DNA of 64,000 bases from the NCBI GenBank assembly GCA_050084985.1, contig JBITNC010000001.1, positions 69,502,001 through 69,566,000 of the forward strand, read 5' to 3'. Positions 40,001-52,000 of this stretch are shown piece after piece. The DNA comes from Nageia nagi. Taxonomy: Eukaryota; Plantae; Pinophyta. The first letter of the stretch is position 1, and every line of letters begins with the position of its first letter. Below the pieces are notes generated by a model, which saw nothing but the letters and a program-made list of their open reading frames with translations, did no database searches and was not told where the DNA came from. The translations under genes and the position numbers were made by a program.

Positions 40001-43000
40001 CAAGTGGTTTAGAAAGGATCTTGATAGGCGATAGTAAAGCTCAAGAAGTTTACAATGAATACTCTTCAACTTCAAAATAGCTACCCAAATGGTATCATAA
40101 AACTGTAATTGAAGCACAATTGCCAGATGTAGAGGGCAACAGAAAGTCCAAGATGAGATTAGAATCTGCAAATTTTGCACTTATGTCACAAGTATTGAAT
40201 GTCTATGAGTCGTCCACATATGAATAAGCATGCCAAAATCAAAAATGAAGAGTTGCAAGGAATGTTGAAATGGCAGCCATCAAGAAAAAACATGACATGA
40301 GATCTTGTTAAACTACCTCCTGGAAAACTCCACTTGTCAAGGGTGTTGTGGAACCTCGGGTTGGACTTAAAAGGAGTCCCAAGTTCAAATCCTACCCCCT
40401 ACAAATTGAGATATGCACCAAATGTTACATACGCATGATAGTTCCAATTGTTAAAAGCTTTCAAACCCTTTCAAAAACATTTACACTACCAAATGAGTCT
40501 ACAAGACCAAATTCAAATTAGATGGCAATTTTGACAAATATAAGGTAAGACTGGTTGTCAAAGGTTTCAGTCAAATTCATTGCATAGACTATGACAGCAG
40601 CAACCAAGATGATCACCATCAAAGTCATTCTCACGTTAGTAGCTCAGTACAAGTGGAAGTGCATGGACCAGCCACCAGGTTATATAGAAGAAGGCAAAGA
40701 GCAACTTGTATGTCACCTCAAGAAGTCACTTTATGGCTTGAAACAAGCCCCTAGAGCTTTATATGTCAAGATTGACAAGTACTACTCCAAACCAGATACC
40801 ATAAGTCTTTTGTTGATTTGAATCTCAATTTGAAGATTCGAAGTGGTATTATCACCTCTCTTGTAATTGTTTACGTGGATGATTTGATAATTGTAGATGA
40901 TGATGAAGTGGAGATTAATAGTCTAAAATAAGATATAAAGAAGTGCTTTGAAATGACAAATTTAGGCCCACTCTACTATTTTCTTGGAGTAGAGGTTTGG
41001 CAAAAGCTTGGACAAATTTTCATTTCTCAAGCTTAACTATGTCAAGGAAATCTTGCAAAAGTTCAAAATACAAGATTGCAAATCAGCTCCAACTCTCATG
41101 GAAAGTAGTACAAAATTGGTTGTTGATGAGGAAGGAAAGCCAATAGATAGCACCTTGTTTAGACAACTAATTAGTAGTCTAATCTACTTGACTACAAATA
41201 GGCTAGATATCTTTTATCCTATAAGTATTTTATCTAGGTTCATGAATCATCCTAAATAGAGTCAGTGGAAAGTAGGAAAGAGAGTGCTAAGGTACTTGCA
41301 AGGTGTTGTGCCTTACACAACTCACCCCAAAATCTCGCGATTTTGGGGACCCACCGCAACTCATATCTGTAAAACACCATGTTTTGTCTTGTGTCGTCTT
41401 GACTCTATCCAACTAGGAATCACGTTTATCATCTTGTCACCAAAGTATGCTAAATCGCCCAATCTTAGTCATGTTAGAATGAAAGCCAAAATCCTCCAAA
41501 AAATGGCTAAGTCTGGAAATTCAAGTCGAGTCTAGGTGAACTAGGGAAACCCATGTCAAGTCGAAAATAAGTCAAGTGAGTCTAGGCCACTCCTAGGCCA
41601 AGCACATGCCTCAAAAAGACAAAATCTTGTCTTTCTGGGACGTGCACTCGGACCAAGGAGTCATTCAAGTCAAAATCTGAATCTGGAAAGACAAATTGGG
41701 CCACTTCCAAGCCCAACGAATGCTTCAAAAAGACAAAATGTTGTCTTTCAGAATAGAAGATGGAGAAGGCAAGCTGGAAACATTTCAAGTCTGGCGCATG
41801 CCCCAAAAAAACAATCTTGTCTTTTGGAAGCATGTGCTCAAGCTAGAAGGCCATATAGGTCAAGTTCGAAGATGAGAAAGTAGAGTCCAAGTACCCAGGA
41901 GGCAAGCGCATGCCTCAAAAAGAAAAAATCTTGTCTTTTGGGGGCATGCAATCATGACAAAGAGGCATCTAGTCTAATCTCATGACGAAATTTGGCTAAG
42001 GCACAAACTCCTCAAACCAGCATCCAGCTCAAGCATAATCAGGAGAGTTAGGAGCACCATTTCAAAAGACAAAATCTTGTCTTTCATGCTCCTAGCCCTA
42101 AGAGTTAGAAGCACCTTTTCAAAAGACAAAATCTTGTCTTTCTATAGCATGCTCCTAACCCAAGAATACACCAATTCTAAGAAAATGCGAAATTTTGGCT
42201 AAGTCCCACTTGCTAAGGCCTCAGAACAGGATGAGCTGGGCAAGAGCAACATAGCACATGCCTCAAAAAGACAAAATTTTGTCTTTCTGGAACATGCGCT
42301 CAAGTTGGCACAATTGGAGAGTTAGAAGCACCATTTCAAAAGACAAAATCTTGTCTTTTTATAGCATGATCCTAAGGCAAGGAGATGCCTAGTTTGATCC
42401 GATGGTGAATATTCACTAAGGCATGAAACTTTGAAGCTAGTATCCGACTCAGGCATGAGTGGAAGGTTGGGCGCACCGCTTCAAAAGACAAACTCTTGAC
42501 TTTTTGAAATGTGCGCTCCAATTGGCTCAATTGGTAGGTTAAGCACACTATTTCAAAAGACAAAATCTTGTCTTTTTGAAATGATCGTTTAGCCTAGGAG
42601 GAGTCTTAGATGCGTCTAATGATGAAATTTGATAAGTTTGGAACCTTAAAAAGACAAACTCAGGTGATGCATGGTCAAAACGGACGAGTTAAAGAGCCAA
42701 GAAGATAAGTGTACGAAGGGCATGAGGCTCCAAGCTTGGAATATGTTTCAAAATGACAAAATCTTGACTTTTTGTAGCATGCTCCTAGCCAAGGAGGAGC
42801 TTGGGTTGAAGAGAAAAGTGAAATCTAGAGGAGCCTGAGCTTAGGAGAAGGTGAAGTCATGATGATCTTGACTAAAAGAGGCATGCGCCCAAGATGGCCA
42901 AATTTCAAAGACAAGGTCCCAAGTTGTCCCAGTGATACATACAAACTACTAGATTGCCCTCGCAGGTGCCAAAGGTGAATAGGTTAAGTCCAGTGTTGCA

Positions 43001-46000
43001 AATCCAAGGAAGATGCACAAGCCTAAGAGTACCAGAAGAGCATAGCAACATGTTACAGTTGCAACAATTTTATTTTATATATTGCAATTTTATTTTAAAT
43101 TTGGATTCAAAGACATTAAATTTTGTATAGGCTTGTGACGATGAGGATTTGCTCCCACAAGTGCTGGAATGAATCTTGTAATGCCATGTGGAACTTTATT
43201 ATTGGACCACATTTGTTTTTATTGGAACACATAATTAAAGTTAGGGTAACTCTCTTGGTTGCTTGAAAATCTATTTATACCCCTTGGATGCTCATTTGTA
43301 AAAAGGGGGGTTGACAATTTGAACAATTGAAAGAGCTTTTGTTTGCAAGGCCAAAAATTCTCTAAGTTGTTAAATGTGGTGTATGTTAGTGCAATTGTGA
43401 TCAAATGCTTCTCATGTTGGAATGGTAAATGGGAATGAATGATTGGTAATGTTATCTAGTTCATTCTATCATTGCTTTGCGTTGGTTCAATCGCTTGGTG
43501 CATCTTGTAAATTTCCTTAAAGTGGACTAGAGAGTGTCTGATTATCTTGTGAGGTGATTGATTAACATCCTGTTGATGATACTTTACCATTTGCTATTTG
43601 GTTTGGATACCCCGGAATGTCTCATTGATGCCACTCACCGTAGGAACTTCACATGGATCTTTTAGTCCTACCTCCATCCCATCACACTTCATCCTTGCCA
43701 TAGCTTCACGCTCCTTCCACCAGACCACATGTTGTTGGCTAGTGGGATAGATAGAGGGTGCTTGGAACCTACATCGAGACCCAACGAGTCAACTTCCAAG
43801 GATATTATCTCAAGTCTGTGAGTTTGCATGCCCATAGTTACATCTTTTTGCCCACAATCTTTCCACTAGTTTTTCTTTATTTTATTAAATACTTTTTTTC
43901 GCGATTTTCGCACCTGTTTTTCCCTTTTAGTATATTCCCAAAACAATCTTGTCTAGCCATAGAGATAATCCGAGTCCTTGAGCTACACATGATATTCATG
44001 TTGTTGGCAGCTTCAAACATCTCAACCAGTCCCTGAGTTATCTTTGTCAAGTCATAAAGCTAACCTTTGGGGTGACTAGTCCCCATAGCGGGAAGGACTA
44101 ACGTCCCTTCACTTGAGGTGTTGAAGTTTTTCTCACTACTTTAAGGTAAGAAAGAAAACCCACCCAACACAAGGCACTCTACAATTTAGCTTGAAGTTTG
44201 TGGACAATGCAAACTTCAAACTTTAAGGATACTGTACCTCTGATTGGGCAGTCTGTTCAGATGACAAAAAATCTACATTAGGATACTTCTTCCATCTTGG
44301 TTCAACATCAATCTCATGGAGCAGTAAGAAACAGCCAACATTTGCACTCTCATCCTCAAAAGCAGAGTACAAAGCACTTGTAGAGGCAACCAAGGAAGCC
44401 ATTTGGTTTCGAATATTCATGTTTGATCTTGTTCTTCAACAAGTAGCACCAAACAAGATCTACTGTGACAACCAAAGTGCCTTAAAGATTGCAAAGAATC
44501 TAATGTTCCATGTTCACGACAAACACAGTGAGGTGCACCATCATTACATTAGAGAGCAAATTCAAAATGGACAAGTGGAGCTAATCTATAAGCCAAGAAA
44601 TGAGCAAATGGCTGATATGTTAACAAAGGCCCTCAACATTCAGAAATTTCAATACTTCATAAATAAACTTGGGTTAGAAATAAATTAGGTAAATCTTAAA
44701 GGGGGATGTTAGAATATTATAATACAATATTTACTTCATTGTAACTTTGTATTTTACTATAACTGCTCATTCATCACATGTCCACTATTCTGTTTCCATA
44801 AGCACTGATCCAAGATAAGCTACTATTAAGTGCACCCAACCAAGATGGATTAGGTGTTAATCAGGCCTTGTTAGGTGGTTGTAATTAGGCTTGCATAAGG
44901 CTATATATACAATATTTGTCTTCAAACATTTGCAATCCAATGTAAGCAATTCACACCTATTTGTGTGCAGACCAATTCTCTTTAATTCATTGTTTTTTAG
45001 GGTGCTATTGGATTCTGTCAATTGTTGTTCTCTGCCTCACCACAATAGTAGATGATGACATTCCCATCGGATTGAGCTTATAACAGACATGCTTGTCCAT
45101 CACTGCAAAATATTCCTCTACCCTCTTTTTGTCATTTTACTCTAGATTGTATATTTATAATGCACTTACATCAATCCCTAGGGTCTTTAAACCTACCACT
45201 TTCTCTTTTCCATAGGATTGTACTGTTGAGTCCCAGTGACATTTTGTTATCACCCATGGATATTAATATATTTTATGTTCATATTTCTATTTCTATTTAT
45301 GCTCTCATCAAACCAAGACTTCAAACTTGGATGTAAAGAGTGGTTTGAACGAGAACTATCAATCTCCCCCCATCCTCTCCCCCCAAGGATGGTCCAGCCA
45401 ACACTCCCAATCTAAGGCTTTCTCCCACAACTATTCTTAGTTGCTACACAATATCTATCACAATGGTTGATGATTCAGCTATTGGTTCTTCAGATTCAAT
45501 TTTCCCTCCAAGCTTCTAACAACACTTGGTTATTGTGGTGCTCCTCCCTCCTCTTCAGAGTCTCTTGTTTCTTTTCTATTCACTTCTCTAGGAAGGATCC
45601 TCCCCTCTAACCCATGTAACTTTTAGGGTGAAGGTTCAACGTTTTCCCCCTTACCTCCTACCCTTATATTTTGTTTTTAGTTACCTTTCTTTCTCTAGGT
45701 CATATCTACTTCTTTGGTCGTACTTTTAAGTCTCTTTTACCTTTTTGCTCACTCGCAATTGCAAAAATTAATATAACTCATTTTGTTTCTTCGTTGACAT
45801 CACTTGGGAGGAAGTAGCAAGTTGTTGAAGGAGAGGCAACATGAATAAGTGGCTAATGGAGATAGCACATGAGACTTGAGAATGGGAATGACTATCTAAA
45901 GAAATGGTTTTCTTAGGAAGGAGGGTGCACCACAAAGTTCCTACAAGGTTCATGAAGAGCATCAAGGAGCTCATTTTGCTTATGGGCAAAATAGTCCTAC

Positions 46001-49000
46001 ATATGTCGACAAAGGTGACAATACTTTATAGGAGAATAAGCAAATAGTCTAACACAAAATGGTGTATTCAACTCATGTATTTTCCATAATTACCATAACA
46101 ATTATTCATGGGACAAGTGTCCAAAGCATAGGTTGACTTATACTAGTGGAGGGTATGTTGAAATAAATAAGGGTGTCTCACGTAAAGTGAGATTAAAAAA
46201 TCATATCAACAACAATTATGGCGAGTAAAAGATATTGTACCCAAACATAAGTGTTAGGGAAAGCAGGTACAATAATTGTCAACATATAGTGCATCAAATT
46301 GAATGGTATAATGGTGGATAGAAGGTAAGCCTAGAAGAGAAGACACAATAATAGAGGGAAGATATCAATGAAAACTCTAAAGGCTACATGGCCAACAATG
46401 ATTCAAGAAACCATGGAAATCCATTGATAATCAATTAGTAATGCAAGAGATACCTTCTTTTCTTTAATAGGAGGAATGTTCTAGCCTTTAACCACCTATA
46501 CTGACCAACTATGTTCCTCAACTTCCTTTGAGTGATTGTTTGGAGGTAATTGTTTCACTCTTTAAATTCTCATCCTATACAAGAATCTCAACATATCTAT
46601 TCTATATTTCAAAATCCACTTCTTGGAAACAAATAACACAATAAAAACTGTGTTTTGGTTGTTCAAAACTAGCCATCTTATCTTCAAGTGCTTGAACTCG
46701 ACATTGAAAAGCCTACATAATGATGTATTTTCCTGCAATTGAAGTAATAGGCACTGCAATGAAACAGACTAACACAGAAATTATCAAAAGTAAAGAGAAA
46801 ATTGAAGCAATGGAATAGGGAAGTTTTCCAAAATATTTTAAGGTTGGGAAACAGTTTATAAGGAAGAAATGGGCAGAATTGAGAATGAGATTCTAAGAAA
46901 AAGAAGGAATAAGGAGATAGATGAAGAAGAAGAAAAGAATTACTTCAGAATGTTATAATATGATAGGCCTGGAAGAGACACATTGGAAACAAAAATCAAG
47001 AATAGCCTGGTTAAAAGGAGACAGGAACACAAAAAAAATTAAAATCTCCACTTTGAGCAGTTGATATAACAGAATTATTGAAATTAAGAAAAAAAGGATG
47101 GCAACTTTACTAGACGTATGGATGAGATTGAGAAATTAGGTGCTTCATTCTTCCAGAATCTTTTAACTCTGAATCAACTGAAGAGGGGAGTAACGAGAAA
47201 AATAGTAGAAAATATTTCAAAAGTCCTATCCAACGGGGACAATAGGGTTTTGATGCAACATGTTACAAAAGAGGAAATCAGGACAGCTCTCTTCAAAATG
47301 AACAAGGACAAATCTCCAGGTCCACATGGTTTTCAACCTAGCTTCTTTCAAAAATATTGGGAGATTGTCAGGGATGATGTGAATGAAACAGTAAGTGAAT
47401 TTTTCCATAAAAATAAGCTTCTGAAATCATGGAATACTACTTTTATTTCCCTCATCCCAAAAATGCAGGAAGCTAAGGAGTTTAAAGATTTTAGACCTAT
47501 AAGTCTATGCAATGTCATATTCAAAATAATAACAAAGATTATGACAGGAAGACTGAAGCAATGGATGATGAGACTAATCTCCAAAGAACAGGAAGGTTTT
47601 GTGCAAGGTAAACAAATCACAGATGGAATTATTCTAATTCATGAGACACTCCATACAATGAAAGCTAGAAGAGATAAGGCATGATACTAAAGCTAGATAT
47701 GCAAAAGGCATATGATAGGGTTAATTGAACCTTCCTAGATTTATATCTTGAACAGTTTGATTTTAAGAAGAGATGGAGGAGGTGGTTAATGGAACATATT
47801 TCTACCCCTAGATTCTCAGTATTAATCAATGGGGAAGCTACAGGTTTCTTTGAATCTAAAGAGGTCTGAGACAGGAAGACACTTAGTCCCCATTTTTGTT
47901 TATTATAATGGCTAAAGCTTTAAGAAGATCATTTAGAAAGGCAAAAGAGGAAAATAAAATTAAGGGAATTATTCCAAGCCCTTAATGTGAAACAATTACC
48001 CATCACCAGTTTGTAGATGATACGATCCTAGTTGGTAATGCAAATGTCAATGAAGCCAAAGACTTTAAGAAAATCCTAAAAAGATATGAATTAGCATTAA
48101 ATAAGAAGACTAACTTTCAAAAGTCAAAAAAAAAATTCTATATAATCCAAGGATCAAACAAGGGAATATAGCCAGCATCATGCAATGCCAAATTGATAAC
48201 TTTCCCACGAAATACTTGCGTATGCCATTATTTCATGGTAGGCTAAAGACTGAAGCATGGAATGAAATCCTTGACAAAGTTAACAAAAAACTTAATGGAT
48301 GGAAAGAAGGAATTTTATCTCCTGTTGGAAAGGTTCTCCTCATAAAGCACACATTACAGAGTATACCACTTCATAACTCCATGATTTTCAAGATGCCAGT
48401 TAGTATCAGTAGGACAATTGATAGACTGTGTGATAGATTTTAAAGGTTAAAGAAAAAGATGGGAAAAATATTACCCTAGTTGCATGGGCTAAAGTTGGAA
48501 CTGAAAAAGAGGGGTGGACTAGGTCTGAGAAATATGATAAACCTAAGTAAAGCCTTAAGAGCAAAAAAATATGGAAGCTGGAAAATGAAAAAGTATTTGA
48601 ATGGGGCAAGGTGTGTAGAGCTAAATAGTTACAAAATGCTCAAACTGTACTTAGAATTGAGAACCACCAAATAGGATCTTTGTTCTAGAATGGTCTCTTC
48701 GATATTAGAACATTTAAAATCAAAATTCCACAAGGTCCCGGGAACAGAGGAACGGGGAACGTGTTACCAGGAACAAGGAATGGGGCAGGTCATTTTTAGG
48801 GAACATCCCAAGGGAACAACAAGTATAATACTAATAAAAATTATTGAAATTTTCAGATTTTTAGTTTTTGTTTTGGAATGGATATATAAGTCATTTTTGG
48901 GTTTGTAAGAGACTCAGCACATTTTAGAGTGAGTTTCTTTTACAAGTGGTTGGCCATTGACAACCAGAGGGAACGGTTCTAGGTGTTCCCCATGGTGTTC

Positions 49001-52000
49001 CCAAGTTCCCAAGAATGGGGGGATGCCTCCTCTGGAAGGGGAACACATTCCCCCATAACCCTGCTTATAATTGATCATGCAAAATGGGAGATAAGACGAG
49101 AGAAAGTTTACTTTTGGAAAGATAGATGGCTTAGAGAAAAACCCTTAATTAATTTTGATCAATTCAGGAATTTTGTAGTTTGAGCTATAAGAAATCAGGG
49201 GAATAAAGCCAAAGATTGCATAGAAGAAGATGGAGAAGGAAATTGGACTTGGAAAATTCAGAAGGCCCCAAATAAGCAGATTGAAGCACAATTGCAAATC
49301 CTAAGACAGAAATTAGTACAAAAAGAATATTAAGCCAGGAAAAGGAAATAACTTATTGAAATGGATAGGAGATAAGAAATGTGCATATAATGTGAAAGAA
49401 GCACTAGCAATTATGGACAATCTGGACTTAAAGAACAAATAAATCTAGGCTAAAGTGCGGGTTAAAGGCCTTATACCAAAAGTATGTTTCTGCATGTGGA
49501 CAGTAGCCCACAACAAAATCCTCACAATGGTTAATCTCAAGAGGAGAGGATTTCAACTTCCATCTGGATGCATTGTGTGTAAGAAAGAAGAGGAATCAAT
49601 GAATCAGTTATTAGATTGCTCGTATGTACAAGAAATATGGTCCAAACTGAAGCTAGAACTTGGAATAAATTGGGTGAATCCTGATCCGGTGATCAAAATT
49701 TTGGTACAGTGGACTCCTATTGCAACCTCCAAAAAGCTCTCAAGGCTGTGGAATATGATGCTCCTCCATATCTTTTGGCAAGTATGGAAGGAGCGTAGTA
49801 GGAGTATCTTTGAAAATTCAAACAAAAATGCATAAGTCTTTAGAGTGGCAATGATAAACTTAAAAGAAAATTATAATGCTTTCTTCAATGATGAGGCGGA
49901 CCAACAATTACTAGAGACAATCTTTAGTGGTTCATCATTTCATAACGTGGCAGAAGTGATTAATGAAGATTTATAAAGGATTAATGTCGCAAGGACAACA
50001 CCATCATACCTTGTAAATGATTGGTTAGATTTGCAATGCACCAAATTTTGGGCACATAGTAGTACCGCCAACTTACTCATGGGAATCAACTGAAGCATCA
50101 CTCAAACATGACAGAGAGGTACATCAAGAATTATTGTGCCCCAAGATCAAGCTTATTAAGGAAAACTTGCTACTACCTTGCATGAAATCACAATTCGTAA
50201 GATTTGAGTTCAAAGGCTGCAAAGTGGGGAGAACGAGGGATAGCCACAATTCCAAGATGGGAGGTGCATTGAAGCAGACAGAGCCGTCATCTACAGCATT
50301 GAAGCAGACAGAGCCGTCATCTACAGTATTGAAGCAGACAGAGCTGTCATCTACAGCTATAGCTATAGTAAAGAAAAATGTGAAGGTATGGTCCAAAATG
50401 CAGGAGGGGGTCTGATAAATTTATGGAAGCTTGTTTGGGGATTGACATGGATTTATCATGTAAGATAGCAAGGAGCTGGCAGGATGGAATAGTCAGAGTG
50501 GGAGAATGAAGCTTGTATTCACCACAGAGACTGTAGCACAAGCCATGCAGATGAAGAATAAAACAGATCAAAAGAGAGGGTAAATTGAACAAATTGAGTG
50601 AGATTGAACTTTTCAAAGAGCCGAATGAAGAATGGGCGAAGTATCAAATGGGATATGAAAGGAAATTGCTACCAAATACATGGTACGATGTGGTGGATGC
50701 TTTAATGTACTAAATTACTTTGGAAGGTGTTGTGACTAAACACTACACGCCCCAAAATTCTGCAATTTTGGGGACCCTCACTAACTCGTCTACATATAGG
50801 CTCATGTTTTTGTCTTCTCTAATTCAAGTGATTTTGTAAGAGCCTGGATATTATGTCAAGTTGTCCCAAGCTAAGTCTAATCAATCGCCCGGTCTTAGTC
50901 ATGTTGAACCAAACTCTAAAATTCCTCAAAAAATTGGTTTAAGTCTAGAAAACCAAAAAGTCAGTCTTAGGTGAACCAAGGCAATCTGGAGCGAGTCAGG
51001 ATGGAGTCAAGTCAAACTAGGCCATTCCTAGGGCTAGTGCATGATTTCAAAAAGACAAAATCTTGTCTTTTTGAACCATGTGACCAGGTCAAGGAGCACT
51101 CTGGACCAGAGTTAAGTTCGAAAAAAACAAGACAAGGACATTTCAAGGCTATCGCATGATTTCAAAAGACAAAAATCTTGTCTTTTTGAACCATGTGACC
51201 AAGTTGGGAGGAGTAATTAGGCAAGTTTGAGGATCAGGAAGTGAACCCCAAGCATCCAGGATGCTAACACATGCCTCAAAAAGACAAAATCTTGTCTTTT
51301 TGAACCATGTGCCAAGCCTAGAAGGGCTTCCTGTTTGAGCAACAGGGAAAATTTGACAAGTTATGGACCCAGAAACCTCAAGATCAGCTCAAGCAAACCC
51401 AAATGGGCTGGCGCATGATCTCAAAAGACAAATTCTTGACTTTTTGAGGCATGTGCCAAGCCCAAGAAGCCTCCAAGATCCAAGAAAGACAAAAATTTGG
51501 CAAAAGCACAAAGAAAAGAACATGCAAAAATGAAAAATTTGCCATCTGGAGGCTGTCGCATCATTCAAAAAGACAAAATCTTGACTTTTTGAACATGTGA
51601 CCAAGCTAGAAGAGCAGGAGAAGCTGTCGCACGTTTCAAAAAGACAAAATCTTGACTTTTTGAAACATGCACCAAACTTAGGGAATGCACAGGTTGAGAT
51701 GAAAAATGACATTTGACAAGCCTAGGTACCAGAAAGACCAAAAATCAGGAAGATCAAGTCATAGGATGAGCTTTAGGGTCAAGATGAGCAAGCAAGAGAG
51801 CAAGGATGGTCAACGTGGGAAGCATACTCACCCCCAAGGCTGGCGCATGATCCACCAAGACAAAATCTTGTCTTTTCTGGGCATGCGCCAAGCCTGAAGG
51901 TGCTCTGGAACCCCCATGTCTGGTCTTGGCCGACTGGACTTGAAATTTGATGCAAGAACACATCTTGAGGACAAACACATGGACGGCCATGGTGGAACTT

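Larger units (their letters stand above)
36876..45046 (+). mobile_element. Decayed Ty1/Copia retrotransposon (element 2) with nested solo LTR
   Basis: Partial 5' LTR ending 36970 plus PBS TGGTATCA; gag Zn-knuckle relic (~38620), protease WYINSSAT, integrase LWHEHLGH..C..C, RT LKKSLYGLKQAPR and YVDD, RNase H 44175-44688; PPT AAAGGGGGA then 3' LTR from 44707. Confidence 0.9.

Noticed and set aside
41600-42785. CRISPR array call for the palindrome-spacer arrays
   Set aside because: Eukaryotic intron context inside TSD-flanked LTRs; spacer lengths are irregular; spacers are shared between copies A and B; no cas genes
45050-46750. Inverted 5' part of the LINE (twin priming)
   Set aside because: No endonuclease motifs or TSD found; looks like unrelated decayed TE sequence and is left unassigned
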